Source: an uncultured bacterium (lineage in GTDB: Bacteria > CAYUVA01). Taken from it: a stretch of 64,000 bases of DNA. Of this stretch, positions 39,096 through 49,317 are shown piece after piece; the stretch's first letter is position 1; every line of letters begins with the position of its first letter. A program made the position numbers and the translations under genes. The stretch spans positions 1-64,000 of the forward strand of contig CAYUVA010000003.1 of assembly GCA_964448115.1 (NCBI GenBank), given 5' to 3'. Below the pieces are notes generated by a model, which ran no database searches, was not told the DNA's origin, and saw only the letters and a program-made list of their open reading frames with translations.

Positions 39096-42000
39096 TCATG
39101 GATAGAATAACAGGTCAGGCCAGATGCCAAAGTTCCCGGCAGCGTCGAAAGCCACCAACTCAAGAAGCACTTCCATATCCTCGGTAATCGATGGCTCAGG
39201 ATTCAAGGGAGCATATAGCGTATATAATCCATCGCCAGCCACCCAGTCGCCGCCAGCCCCGTTGTCAAGCAGTAACACGCCGGTTGGCTGCCAGCCAAAG
39301 TAGAGCTGCACCTCGGTAACATCAGTATCAGCAAGGTATGCCAGCATGATGAAATGACCACCCTCATCGGCAACGAAGTAGGTATCCCAGTAGCCAGCTA
39401 TCATGATCAGCGGCTTAACACTTTTATCCGCATAACCCGTGTAGTCATAGCGCAGCAGATCCTCTTGCAGTCGGGTCATTATGCTGGTTAACGCCTTTGC
39501 ATCCTGGTCGCTTATCGCTGGCTTTTCATCTAGGCTGCCAGTTTTCCCTTTGCTCGAATCTCCCTTTGGTCCATAAAGGGTTAGGTATGGCCAGATATCG
39601 CAGTTTCCTGCATGATCGCAAGCCCTAATCTCAATCAGGAACATAGAGTAGGGAGGAATCCCGGGACCAACCGGTGCGGAGAGCATGTAGATCTTGTCAT
39701 TCGGCGCCCAGTCCCCCTGTGAACCGTCATCCTTTAGGAACACGCCAGTGGGTGAGCCAGCATAGAACAGCTCAGCAGATACCACATCATCATCCGGTAT
39801 GTAAGCCAACATGGTGAACTGCCCGCCGAGCGTGCTCGATATATCCGTATCCCAGTAGCCAGCCAGCATTATCACCGGCTCTTTTTTATCCACCTTGACA
39901 TTAACCGCATCGCTTGCAGTTCCCTCATTTCCAGCAGTATCGTAAGCCTTGCAGAGCAGTGAATAATTTCCATCAGCGCCCGTGTGCCAGTCGTAACTCC
40001 AGTTAGTTGTTCCTTCAGCATCGACCCAGCTTGAGCCACCATCCGTGGAGACCTTTACATAATCGATAGCAGAAAGGTTATCCGAGGCTGTGCCGCTTAT
40101 GGTGTAAACATCTTCATTTATGAACTCGCCATCGGCCGGTGCAGTGATCTCGGCAGTGGGACCGCTATGGTCAACATATACCCTCACCGAGCTAGGCGAG
40201 CCTTGCTCGTTGCCCACATTGTCGAACGCCTTTGCCCAGATGCGGTATCCACCATCTTCATCGGGCAGCGTCCAGGTATAGCTCCAGTTTGTGGTCCCGC
40301 TGGCAGGCGTGTAGTTGGTTCCATCCGTGGAGACCTCGACCCTGGCGATGCCGGAGCCGCCTTGATTGTCCGAGGCAGTGCCGCTAACCACCACCGACTC
40401 GCCGCCCAAGACCTGGTCAGCGATCGGATAGGTGATCTCGCACAAGGGCTTGATATTATCCACCGTAACTGCCTGCGGACTGGAGTTGCCCACCAAGCCG
40501 CCATTATCGGTCGCCCGTGCTATGAGCGTGTAAGTTCCATGAGTAGGCAAGGTCCACTGATAACTCCATGATTCCAAAGGCGGGGTTACATCGTTCCAGT
40601 CATCTCCGCCGTTCATGGAGACCTGAACCGATGATAAGCCGGAGAGGTTATCCGAGGCGGTGCCTGTAATATCGAAGCTGTTGCCGCCGATGTAGCTTCC
40701 CGGCGCCGGGGAGGTTATCGATGCCGAAGGCAGGGTGTTGTCAACCACCACACCGACATACGATGAGGGTATCTCCTGCGAGCCTAGCGCATTGGTGGCG
40801 CGAGATACTAGAGTGTAGCGACCATCAGCAGGCAGGCTCCACAGGTAGCTCCAGGAGACATTGCCATCAGCCTCCTGCCAGCTTTGTCCGTTATCCGTGG
40901 ATACCTCGACCAGGCTGATCCCCAGGCTCTCGCTCCCCTCAGCGCTGCCTTGAATGAGATACTCATCGCCATTTAGCACCTGATTTATTGCTGGATCGGT
41001 AATGATCGACGAGGGGAGCGACTTGTCGATGGTTACTTTTATCTGGGAAGGAGGATCCTGCTCGTTGAATACATTGTCATAAGCCTTGGACTTGATTGTG
41101 TAGGTGCCGTCATCGGGGAGGGTCCAGGTATAGCTCCACTGCCCCTTGCCGGCTGTAGGAGTCATTCGAGTCCATGTATGTCCGGCATCGGTGGAGACGA
41201 GCACCTGGTTCACATCAGCCAGGTTGTCATTGGCTTCAACGATTATATCTCGATATGTACCTGCGATTATAGCGCCATCCTGTGGGCTAAGAATCTCGCT
41301 TTGCGGCGGCGTGTTATCGACAAAGATGCTGATCTGGTTATAGCTCGTTTGTTTGTTGCCGGCTGCATCGGTGGCTATTGACCAAATCGAGTATTCTCCG
41401 TCATCTGGGAGCGGCTGCCAGCGATACATCCAGCCCCCGCTGTACTGCGCCCAGCGACAGGTGTAGCCATCGGTTGCGCAGAACTGCACATCGGCTATCT
41501 CGCTCAAACCGCCCTGATCGTAGGCGGTGATGCGCACATCATAGTAATCGCCGCAGATGATTTCGCCAGGCGCCGGATCATAGATGAGGCTGACCGGCGG
41601 GTTGTTATCCACCACAACCGGAACGCTTAGGATCGTACTTTTATTTGAGGCGTTATCCAGTGCATAAGCATCTATTGTGTATCTTCCATCAGCGGGTAGA
41701 TACCATCGGTAGCTCCAGCTCTGGGCTCCATCTGCCGGCACCCAGTACTGCGGATTGCTTGAGAACCGCAGATCCACTCGGTAAATACCGGTGTCGCTAT
41801 CAAGGGCGCTCCCATGTACCATGTGGTATCGACCGCGTATAGAGTCCCCAGGCATCGGATCTGTGATCTGAAGATCCGGGGCGGTAGTATCGAAGTAATC
41901 CCCGATGGTGAACGAGTATGTCTCCACAACGCTGTTGAATATGGGATCCTGGTTCTCATCCCTGGAATTGTCATGTGCCTTGACATATATCCCAACCCGC

Positions 42001-43988
42001 TGATCGGCGGTAAAGTTGAAGTCTGGGTCATAGTGCACTAGAAAGCCGTGGTCTATAAGCCTCAGCTCCTCGGATACCTGTAGATCGTCGATCATGAGCA
42101 CAATGCTGTTCATATCGACCCCGGTGAAGTCATCGCGCACCTTGAAGGTTATATTAGTGTTCTTGGGCACGCCGATCTCCTCCGGCTGCGGCAGTTGGTC
42201 AAAGACATAAGGCGCTTCCAGGTCGAGCGATATGGTGAACGAGTAGTGCTGGGTCATCATTACATTGGGGGGCAACGCCAGGTCATAAGCCTCAACCAGC
42301 ACATCTACTACATCCCCGGCGCCGAAGCGTGGGGTCAGATGGATATACTCGAACTTGTAATTGGTGCGATCCCCGTTCAACCGAGCCTGGGTCGGATTCT
42401 GAGACACGCCGTTTACTACCTGGGGCATTCCATCAACGGAGATATTAAGGCTATAGCGGTCAGTGCCCAGCATATCATCCTTCACTCTAAGCGAACAGAG
42501 TGGTTTGCCGATCGGGGTAGGTGCTGGAGTGCCTCCCGGAGCAGGCTCCATATCGCTTAAATATGGTGGCTCACTATCGGTCCCCTCGCCGATGTTGAAC
42601 TGGTACTCCTCGGTCTCCATAACATTAGTTACCGAGTAAGTATCGTTGGCGTCTATGCGAACCTGCACGCTGGTCTTGCTCTCCCATCCACCAGGCGGGT
42701 CGTAGCGGATATAGACATTCTTGGGATCAGAATCATCGATGGTTACATTGCCCACCATGTCAACCCCGCCATAAACGATAAGCTCATTGGCAAAGACATC
42801 GATCGAGTTGCGATCCACCCCGCTATCCTTATCGTGTATCCATGCCACCATGGCAGTATTGGCGGCGGCGCTGGTGCCGCTGCGCGGGGGATAGACCTCG
42901 CCAACATAAGGCGGCCAGATATCAGCGACCGTCTTGAAAGAATAGACAAAGGTTTCCATGCAGTTCGGCGAGTATATGGAGCGATCGCAGGCATCGATGG
43001 TTACCGTGATCCACTCATCGACCGGCCAAGGAAGCAGCCCGTAAGAATATTTTAGTTCCCAATCGTAGTTTGTTCCGCTGTAATTGGTGAAGGTTGCCAG
43101 GTCTCCGTTCACTGTAACCTGTATATCGCTAAGCTCAAGCCCGGCACCGTCATCGGCGACATGGAACCTTATCTGGCGATTCAGATCAACATCGATCTCG
43201 CCGGGGTACGGATTGAGTCCATACACATAAGGCGGTGTCTCATCGCGCTGAGTGGTAAAAGACCAGTAAGCGTTCATCAGGTTGCCGGTCGGGGTTGCGT
43301 GATCCCGCGCAGTAACCTTGACGGTTATGACCTCTTCCTCGTTCCAAGGGTCGGTATTGTGGGGGTAGGTAACCTGGCAGTCGTAGGCTGCTGTCGGTGG
43401 TGCTGGAATTATGACCGTGGAGACCTCGACATCGTTTATAAACATCTGCACCGTGGAGGTATCGACGCTCTCCTCGTTGTCTATGATATGTACATCGACT
43501 GCTCGCCAGATATCGACATCGGTTGAGTTTGGCACTGGCTTGGGATTCTCTATGTGCGGAGCGGTGGTATCAATAGCGCGGACAAGTAATTTATCATTGT
43601 TGTTCTCCCGGTTAGGGGGCTCGGCACTATCCTGGGCGCGCACTCCGACATAGTAAAGGCTGTTCAAGGTTAAGCCCTCTATGCGATACTCACGATCATA
43701 GACCGGATGACCGGTATCTCCATCCACAATTATGGGGGTTTGGTCAAATAGACCGTTACCGCCGGGGCAGTCATCCTGGTGGCATACGAAAACCGCATAC
43801 TGTACTGGTGGACTTTCCGCGTCAATTGCCTCGTCCCAGCGTACAATAACCGCAGCGGTGGCTCCGACAGCCTCATCGACTCCATCGCCATCGCTCCATA
43901 CTGGTGGTGTCGTATCCGCAGCAAGCTGTGGAACTGAAAGGCATGTTATTGCAACAAGAATCAAGATCATAATCAGGCTTTTATGCAT
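39096..43988 (-). CDS. Large secreted Ig-like-repeat surface protein with two tandem GYWDT..WPxL C-terminal domains
   Basis: Start moved to ATG 43988 (AAGGAG RBS, signal MHKSLIMILILVAITCLSVPQLAA). FN3-like unit, about 5 SbsA-type Ig units (DxxPPY..P), about 7 Big-type units (VSTDGG..W..WSY.W.LP.DG.Y), then two CTD copies. Confidence 0.85.
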   Translation of the reverse strand: MHKSLIMILILVAITCLSVPQLAADTTPPVWSDGDGVDEAVGATAAVIVRWDEAIDAESPPVQYAVFVCHQDDCPGGNGLFDQTPIIVDGDTGHPVYDREYRIEGLTLNSLYYVGVRAQDSAEPPNRENNNDKLLVRAIDTTAPHIENPKPVPNSTDVDIWRAVDVHIIDNEESVDTSTVQMFINDVEVSTVIIPAPPTAAYDCQVTYPHNTDPWNEEEVITVKVTARDHATPTGNLMNAYWSFTTQRDETPPYVYGLNPYPGEIDVDLNRQIRFHVADDGAGLELSDIQVTVNGDLATFTNYSGTNYDWELKYSYGLLPWPVDEWITVTIDACDRSIYSPNCMETFVYSFKTVADIWPPYVGEVYPPRSGTSAAANTAMVAWIHDKDSGVDRNSIDVFANELIVYGGVDMVGNVTIDDSDPKNVYIRYDPPGGWESKTSVQVRIDANDTYSVTNVMETEEYQFNIGEGTDSEPPYLSDMEPAPGGTPAPTPIGKPLCSLRVKDDMLGTDRYSLNISVDGMPQVVNGVSQNPTQARLNGDRTNYKFEYIHLTPRFGAGDVVDVLVEAYDLALPPNVMMTQHYSFTISLDLEAPYVFDQLPQPEEIGVPKNTNITFKVRDDFTGVDMNSIVLMIDDLQVSEELRLIDHGFLVHYDPDFNFTADQRVGIYVKAHDNSRDENQDPIFNSVVETYSFTIGDYFDTTAPDLQITDPMPGDSIRGRYHMVHGSALDSDTGIYRVDLRFSSNPQYWVPADGAQSWSYRWYLPADGRYTIDAYALDNASNKSTILSVPVVVDNNPPVSLIYDPAPGEIICGDYYDVRITAYDQGGLSEIADVQFCATDGYTCRWAQYSGGWMYRWQPLPDDGEYSIWSIATDAAGNKQTSYNQISIFVDNTPPQSEILSPQDGAIIAGTYRDIIVEANDNLADVNQVLVSTDAGHTWTRMTPTAGKGQWSYTWTLPDDGTYTIKSKAYDNVFNEQDPPSQIKVTIDKSLPSSIITDPAINQVLNGDEYLIQGSAEGSESLGISLVEVSTDNGQSWQEADGNVSWSYLWSLPADGRYTLVSRATNALGSQEIPSSYVGVVVDNTLPSASITSPAPGSYIGGNSFDITGTASDNLSGLSSVQVSMNGGDDWNDVTPPLESWSYQWTLPTHGTYTLIARATDNGGLVGNSSPQAVTVDNIKPLCEITYPIADQVLGGESVVVSGTASDNQGGSGIARVEVSTDGTNYTPASGTTNWSYTWTLPDEDGGYRIWAKAFDNVGNEQGSPSSVRVYVDHSGPTAEITAPADGEFINEDVYTISGTASDNLSAIDYVKVSTDGGSSWVDAEGTTNWSYDWHTGADGNYSLLCKAYDTAGNEGTASDAVNVKVDKKEPVIMLAGYWDTDISSTLGGQFTMLAYIPDDDVVSAELFYAGSPTGVFLKDDGSQGDWAPNDKIYMLSAPVGPGIPPYSMFLIEIRACDHAGNCDIWPYLTLYGPKGDSSKGKTGSLDEKPAISDQDAKALTSIMTRLQEDLLRYDYTGYADKSVKPLIMIAGYWDTYFVADEGGHFIMLAYLADTDVTEVQLYFGWQPTGVLLLDNGAGGDWVAGDGLYTLYAPLNPEPSITEDMEVLLELVAFDAAGNFGIWPDLLFYP

Positions 43989-44197
43989 CGACTTCTTCTC
44001 CTTAAGCTCGGTGATGAATTCCAACATCTTTATTATAGTGCAAAAAAATGGATCCTTCAAAATAATGGGCAAAGTAATGCAAGATACTGATTGAATAAGA
44101 TCCAATTTCATCCTAAGTCCAAAACCTAAGCATTCTGCTTAACAATTAATTCATCTCCGAGAATGCTTAGCCTCTACAAGACCAGTCAGGTTACAGT

Positions 44198-44226
44198 TTG
44201 ACCTTATGAAGGATAAATATTATAGT
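44198..44226 (+). promoter_or_regulatory. Sigma70-type promoter of the xseB operon
   Basis: TTGACC-17 nt-TATAGT. Confidence 0.55.
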
Positions 44227-44273
44227 GATGACTATCAGGGAAAGCGAATAAGGGCAAGGGAAAAAACAAGACA

Positions 44274-44537
44274 ATGAGTGAAAAACAGAAAAATAAGCAG
44301 ATGAAATTCGAGGATGCGCTAAAACGCCTTGAAGAGATAGTCGATGTCATGGAAAAAGGGGAACTATCCCTGGATGAGACCGTCTCAATGTTCGAGGAAG
44401 GTATCGAGCTGTCTCAGTTGTGTCAAAAGAAGCTCGATGAGGCGGAAAAAAAGGTGCAGATACTCTTGAATGCTGGTAAGAAGGATGAGAAGGCGGTTGA
44501 CTTCGGGGATGAAAGCAGCGAAGATGTTCCCTTCTGA
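44274..44537 (+). CDS. xseB: Exodeoxyribonuclease VII small subunit
   Basis: FEDALKRLEEIV..MEKGELSLDE..FEEG..CQKKLDEAEKKV. Confidence 0.95.
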   Translation: MSEKQKNKQMKFEDALKRLEEIVDVMEKGELSLDETVSMFEEGIELSQLCQKKLDEAEKKVQILLNAGKKDEKAVDFGDESSEDVPF

Positions 44538-44558
44538 ATCGAAAACCGGGTTACTTGG

Positions 44559-45293
44559 GTGAGTACAAGGAAACAACGATTGGACCTGTTGGTCATGGAG
44601 CGATTCTCCATGGAGAGTAGAGTAAAGGCTGCCAGGGCAATCGAAGCCGGCATGGTTCGAGTCGATGATGCGGTGGCTGATAAGCCAGGTGCCCTGTACA
44701 AGCCAGAGGCTGAGATACAATTGCTTGAAGATCCAAGTATGTTTGTCAGCCGTGGCGGGGATAAGCTCAAGGCAGCACTTGACCATTTCAGGTTAAATGT
44801 TGAAGGCAAAAACGCCATGGATATTGGGGCTTCGACAGGTGGCTTTACCGATTGCCTGCTCAAGCATGGCGCTGATAATGTACTCGCCGTCGATGTCGGC
44901 TATGGTCTCATCCACGAGACCCTGCGCCAGGATGCTAGAGTACACCTGTTAGAGAGACAAAATGCCAGATACCTTGAACCTAAGCAGATCCCCTTCAAGA
45001 TCGACCTGGTTACCATCGATGTCTCCTTCATCTCCCTGCGCATCATATTAGCCCGGTTGTTCGAAATCTTGCCCAAATTTGTGGAATACTTGACTTTAGT
45101 AAAACCACAATTCGAGGCTGGCAAGAAAGAGGTGCCTAAAAGTGGCGTTATTAAAGACCCCTCGATTCACAAAAGGGTACTGACCGAGATTAGTGATTAT
45201 ATCATCGAACAAGGGCATAATATCATCGGAAGCATGCAATCACCGATCAGGGGTGCAAAGGGAAACATCGAGTTCTTCTTGTATTTCAGGTGA
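44559..45293 (+). CDS. tlyA: TlyA-family rRNA 2'-O-methyltransferase
   Basis: S4 domain RLDLLV, FVSRGGDKL, DIGASTGGFTD, DVSFISL, KPQFE, GAKGNIEF. Confidence 0.95.
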   Translation: MSTRKQRLDLLVMERFSMESRVKAARAIEAGMVRVDDAVADKPGALYKPEAEIQLLEDPSMFVSRGGDKLKAALDHFRLNVEGKNAMDIGASTGGFTDCLLKHGADNVLAVDVGYGLIHETLRQDARVHLLERQNARYLEPKQIPFKIDLVTIDVSFISLRIILARLFEILPKFVEYLTLVKPQFEAGKKEVPKSGVIKDPSIHKRVLTEISDYIIEQGHNIIGSMQSPIRGAKGNIEFFLYFR

Positions 45294-45312
45294 GAATATC
45301 GGGGAGTAGCTT

Positions 45313-46209
45313 TTGAAAAACGGCTGCAAAAACAGCAAGGATGATGGCGAATTCAAGAATATCGGTCTTTATGTTAAGCGCGGGTGCCAGGCATTCAAGC
45401 GAGAGGTAACCGAGCTGCATGACTGGCTTCATGGTCGTGGCTTGAATGTTTTCATCGACCAGGTAACCTCCCAGGCAGTCGGCATAAACAAGAATGTCTT
45501 CCCCCGAGAACATATCCCTGAATTTCTTGATATGCTTATAGTGATGGGGGGAGATGGTACAATAATCTCAGCGATTCGTCGCGTGGGAAGGATGGATATC
45601 CCTATCTTCACTATAAACCTGGGCAGCCTCGGCTTCTTGGCTGATACCACCCTCGAGGAGATGTTTGCCTCTTTATCGAGCATACTTCAAAGCAATTATG
45701 TGATCGAGGAGCGAATGATGCTCAAGTCGAGGCTTTATCGGGATAATGAATTAGTCTCCGAGAACAGGGTGCTCAATGATGTGGTGATCAATAAAGCCGC
45801 TGTAGCCCGAATTATTACCCTGCAAACCTATATAAACGATCAATACCTGGCTTCGTTCAAGGCTGATGGCATTATCGTTTCGACCCCGACCGGCTCAACA
45901 GCCTATTCCCTGGCTGCCGGAGGTCCCATCCTGTATCCTAACATGGATAACATAATTATTAACCCGATCTGTCCCCACATGCTGACCAACCGTCCCTTGG
46001 TGATCCCTGATGATTCGGTGATAAAACTTATTCTCGATACGGCAAGGGAGGAGGTGTTCCTCTCCCTTGACGGTCAGATAGGGATCCCCATGAAGTACAG
46101 GGATGTTGTGCTTGTAACCAGTGCTCAATGTAAGATAAAGCTTATCAAACGCCCCGGCTTCGATCACTTCGAGGTGCTTCGGATGAAGCTGAAATGGGGT
46201 GAGAGGTAA
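45313..46209 (+). CDS. nadK: NAD(+) kinase
   Basis: GGDGT, NLGSLGFL, LNDVV, DGIIVSTPTGSTAYSLAAGGP, PICPH. Confidence 0.95.
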   Translation: MKNGCKNSKDDGEFKNIGLYVKRGCQAFKREVTELHDWLHGRGLNVFIDQVTSQAVGINKNVFPREHIPEFLDMLIVMGGDGTIISAIRRVGRMDIPIFTINLGSLGFLADTTLEEMFASLSSILQSNYVIEERMMLKSRLYRDNELVSENRVLNDVVINKAAVARIITLQTYINDQYLASFKADGIIVSTPTGSTAYSLAAGGPILYPNMDNIIINPICPHMLTNRPLVIPDDSVIKLILDTAREEVFLSLDGQIGIPMKYRDVVLVTSAQCKIKLIKRPGFDHFEVLRMKLKWGER

Positions 46210-46218
46210 ATAGCCGGA

Positions 46219-47073
46219 TTGGCGCTTGATGATCGTTTAACTACCAGAGCTTCAAGCCCCAAAGAAAACATGCACACCAACAATAAACCAGGCGATCCAC
46301 ATAAGAAACACAAGCTCTCTGTGCAGGTGTTGACCCAAAATAGCGAGCGACTCCTCGAAAAAACGCTGGATAGTATAAGCTGGGCCGATGAAATACAGGT
46401 CATCGATGGAGGCAGCAGCGACTCAACCCTCAAGATATGCTCTCGGTACGATAACCTAAAGGTGCTCCATCACCCTTACGAGAACTACGGCGCACAGCAC
46501 AACTGGGGGTTACCGCAACTATGCAATGATTGGGTCTTGATCATCGATTCCGATGAATGGCTATCCTTTGAGTTGCAAGAGGAGATAAAAGGAATCCTGG
46601 CATGCGAGCAACCATCCCATGATGGATATGTGCTCATGCGGCGATCATATTTTTTGGGCAGGCTGATACGCTATTCAGGCTGGCAGAGAGACAAGGAGTT
46701 GCGCTTGTTTCGGCGTTCCAAGGGCAGACTGAAGGATCAGCAGGTGCACTCCAGTGTAACCATGTCCGACGGAACGGTTGGAAGATTGAACGGCTTTTTA
46801 TATCACGATCCCTATAGCTCTCTCGATGATTATTTGAATAAGATGCAGCGCTATACGAGTTGGGGAGCCAATGAATTCATCAAGACGGGAAAGCGTTTCA
46901 AGCCCTGGATGGTGCTGCTCAATCCTTTGGGGAGATTCCTTCGCAGCTATGTGCTCTATCAGGGTTTTCGCGATGGCTTGCACGGTCTTATCCTATGCCT
47001 ATTGTCCATGTACTATGTTATGGTCAAATATGCTAAGGTATGGATCATGCAAAAGAATAATGGCAGTAAATAA
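46219..47073 (+). CDS. GT2 glycosyltransferase (WaaE/KdtX-like beta-glucosyltransferase)
   Basis: WADEIQVIDGGSSDST, WVLIIDSDE, LRLFRR, VH, GFRDGLHG. True start may be downstream of 46219. Confidence 0.88.
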   Translation: MALDDRLTTRASSPKENMHTNNKPGDPHKKHKLSVQVLTQNSERLLEKTLDSISWADEIQVIDGGSSDSTLKICSRYDNLKVLHHPYENYGAQHNWGLPQLCNDWVLIIDSDEWLSFELQEEIKGILACEQPSHDGYVLMRRSYFLGRLIRYSGWQRDKELRLFRRSKGRLKDQQVHSSVTMSDGTVGRLNGFLYHDPYSSLDDYLNKMQRYTSWGANEFIKTGKRFKPWMVLLNPLGRFLRSYVLYQGFRDGLHGLILCLLSMYYVMVKYAKVWIMQKNNGSK

Positions 47074-47090
47074 AATGGAGTTGACGGGCT

Positions 47091-48212
47091 TTGAAGCCGA
47101 TTAAGATACTATACACCTCCCCTAGCGTTCGTATGTGGGGTTCTCGAATCAGCCTTCTTGAGCTTGTCAAGGGCTTGAACAAGGAGACCTTTTTCCCTAT
47201 CGTAGCCGTTCCCGGTAAGGGGGGCTTGGAGGGATATCTGAAGGAAAACATGATCGATGTTCGCATCCTGCCACTCAAGCCGTATCGCAAGCTGAAATAC
47301 ATGCCTCTTCGACCTTATACTAAATACATGCTGCATAGAATAATGAAAGATGAGGGGATCCAGTTGGTGCACAACAACGAGTTCTGGTCAAATCCCTATG
47401 GGGTAGATCCTGCCAAATCGCTAGGAATTCCGGTGATATGCCATGTTAGGGGGGCACTTACCTCAAGGCAGATAGTTAATTATAAATTGGAGAAGGCTGA
47501 CAAGATCATCTGTGTAAGCAACGATGTTGCATTACAGTTCAAGGATGATCCCCATCTATCATTCAAGATCGAGGTCATCTATAACGGGCTTAACTTGGAG
47601 ACTTTTACCGCCAATGCCACCCCCTCTGCTCTTCGCCGTGAGTTCAATATTGCCGATGACGAGATTGTAATCTGCCAGATAGGAAAACTGGTGCCGCGCA
47701 AGGCGCAGGAGGTTACCATCAAGGCAGCAAAGATCGTGCATGAGAAGAAAAAGAATGTTCGCTTCTTCATCGTGGGAAAGGGCTGGGAAAAGGAACAGGA
47801 ATATGTTACGCACCTGTTCGAGCTGGTCAGGCAGCTTGACCTGGAGGGGGTGATCACCTTCACCGGCTACCGCACCGATATACCCTCATGGTGCGCGCTT
47901 ATGGATATGCTGGTAATCCCCAGTTATTCAGAGGGATTCGGAAGGGTGAACATCGAGGCTATGGCTTTCGGTAAGCCTGTTATCGGCTCCGATGCAGAGG
48001 GTATCTCCGAGGTGGTACATAACAACATCACCGGCAGCATCTTTGCCAAGGGAGACCATGTTGCCCTGGCAGAGGCTATACTAAGATATATAGCTGACCC
48101 CGAATTGAGAAAACAGGACGGACTCAGGGGAAGAAAGAGGGTCGAGGAGAACTTCACCATGCAACACCATATAAGGCAGGTGGAGGAATTATATCTTAAT
48201 CTTCTTAAATGA
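47091..48212 (+). CDS. GT4 glycosyltransferase
   Basis: VIYNG, FTGYRTD, PSYSEGFGRVNIEAMAFGKPVI (E-x7-E). Confidence 0.92.
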   Translation: MKPIKILYTSPSVRMWGSRISLLELVKGLNKETFFPIVAVPGKGGLEGYLKENMIDVRILPLKPYRKLKYMPLRPYTKYMLHRIMKDEGIQLVHNNEFWSNPYGVDPAKSLGIPVICHVRGALTSRQIVNYKLEKADKIICVSNDVALQFKDDPHLSFKIEVIYNGLNLETFTANATPSALRREFNIADDEIVICQIGKLVPRKAQEVTIKAAKIVHEKKKNVRFFIVGKGWEKEQEYVTHLFELVRQLDLEGVITFTGYRTDIPSWCALMDMLVIPSYSEGFGRVNIEAMAFGKPVIGSDAEGISEVVHNNITGSIFAKGDHVALAEAILRYIADPELRKQDGLRGRKRVEENFTMQHHIRQVEELYLNLLK

Positions 48213-49282
48213 AAGAACGGTCAACTCATGATCACAGGGTTAACAACATGGATAATATGGAGCAAAAAAAGATCTTCATCTCGGAGTTTACCGAGGGTAA
48301 AAGGGTAGTAACCTTCCTTAATGTGGCAAATAAGACAGTGCTTCAAAAAAAGGATGGCAGCCCGTTTCTGCGTATATTATTCAGCGATTCCAGCGGAGAG
48401 ATCCAGGCTGTCTTGTGGGACAATGTCCAGTATGTGCTCGAAAATGTAAAGAAAAATACGATCGTCAAGGTACAAGGCTTGGTGCACAAGTACAACCAGA
48501 AACCGCAACTGCGTATCGAGAAGATACGCCCAGCCAGGGAGGAAGAGTACGATCTCGCTGATTTCTTACGCCCCGCTAAGAGCGATCCCCAGGAAGATTT
48601 AAGGCAGTTATCCGAATTCGCCGAGACCATCGAGGACGGATACCTAAAAAGCCTGGTATTCTATTTCCTGGAGGACACATCGTTGATGGATCGCTTCATT
48701 GCAGCCCCTGGCGGTAAGAAAATGCATCATAACTATGTGGGCGGCTTGATCGAGCATACTGTGGCAGTGTGCAAGATATGCGATTACCTATGTCAACTCT
48801 ATGCGGATTTGGATCGCGACCTCTTGCTCTCGGCAGCGATACTGCATGACCTGGGAAAAATCGAGGAGCTATCATGCTCCACAAGCATCGAATATACCGA
48901 TAAGGGAAGGTTGTTGGGACATATCGTTACTACGGTAGTAACGCTTGAAAAAGCCATGGATAGCATCGAGGGATTCCCCGAAGATACTCGCATGTTGCTA
49001 TTGCATATCATCATCAGCCACCATGGCGAGTATGAGTACGGCTCCCCCAAGCGCCCCAAGATCTTGGAGGCAATGGCGCTTCATCATGCGGATAATGTTG
49101 ATGCCAAGCTGAATGCAATGAGGATCTTCGCCGAAGAGCAAGCAGATCCCGACCTGCCAGGATGGACGCAGTACTGGTACCCAGGAGATAGGTATCTGTA
49201 TTTCAGGAAAAGGGACGACTTCGAGGATCCCTACCAGGACCTAGATGTCGGACAATTTACCGATGATAAACAGGAGTTATAA
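48209..49282 (+). CDS. yhaM: YhaM/Cbf1-family 3'-5' exoribonuclease (OB + HD)
   Basis: OB fold (SDSSGEIQAVLW), HHNYVGGLIEH, LHDLGKIEE, GHI, SHHGEYEYGSP, ADNVDAK. Confidence 0.88.
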   Translation: MKERSTHDHRVNNMDNMEQKKIFISEFTEGKRVVTFLNVANKTVLQKKDGSPFLRILFSDSSGEIQAVLWDNVQYVLENVKKNTIVKVQGLVHKYNQKPQLRIEKIRPAREEEYDLADFLRPAKSDPQEDLRQLSEFAETIEDGYLKSLVFYFLEDTSLMDRFIAAPGGKKMHHNYVGGLIEHTVAVCKICDYLCQLYADLDRDLLLSAAILHDLGKIEELSCSTSIEYTDKGRLLGHIVTTVVTLEKAMDSIEGFPEDTRMLLLHIIISHHGEYEYGSPKRPKILEAMALHHADNVDAKLNAMRIFAEEQADPDLPGWTQYWYPGDRYLYFRKRDDFEDPYQDLDVGQFTDDKQEL

Positions 49283-49317
49283 ACAAGTTATTTGATCATA
49301 GACTGATTTACTCTCCC

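Noticed and set aside
38668-39187. Short ORFs 38668-38895 and 38924-39187 (also 60054-60263, 60102-60341)
   Set aside because: They are translations of the palindromic repeats (WIPACAGMT, VIPAQAGI), a typical spurious-ORF signature.
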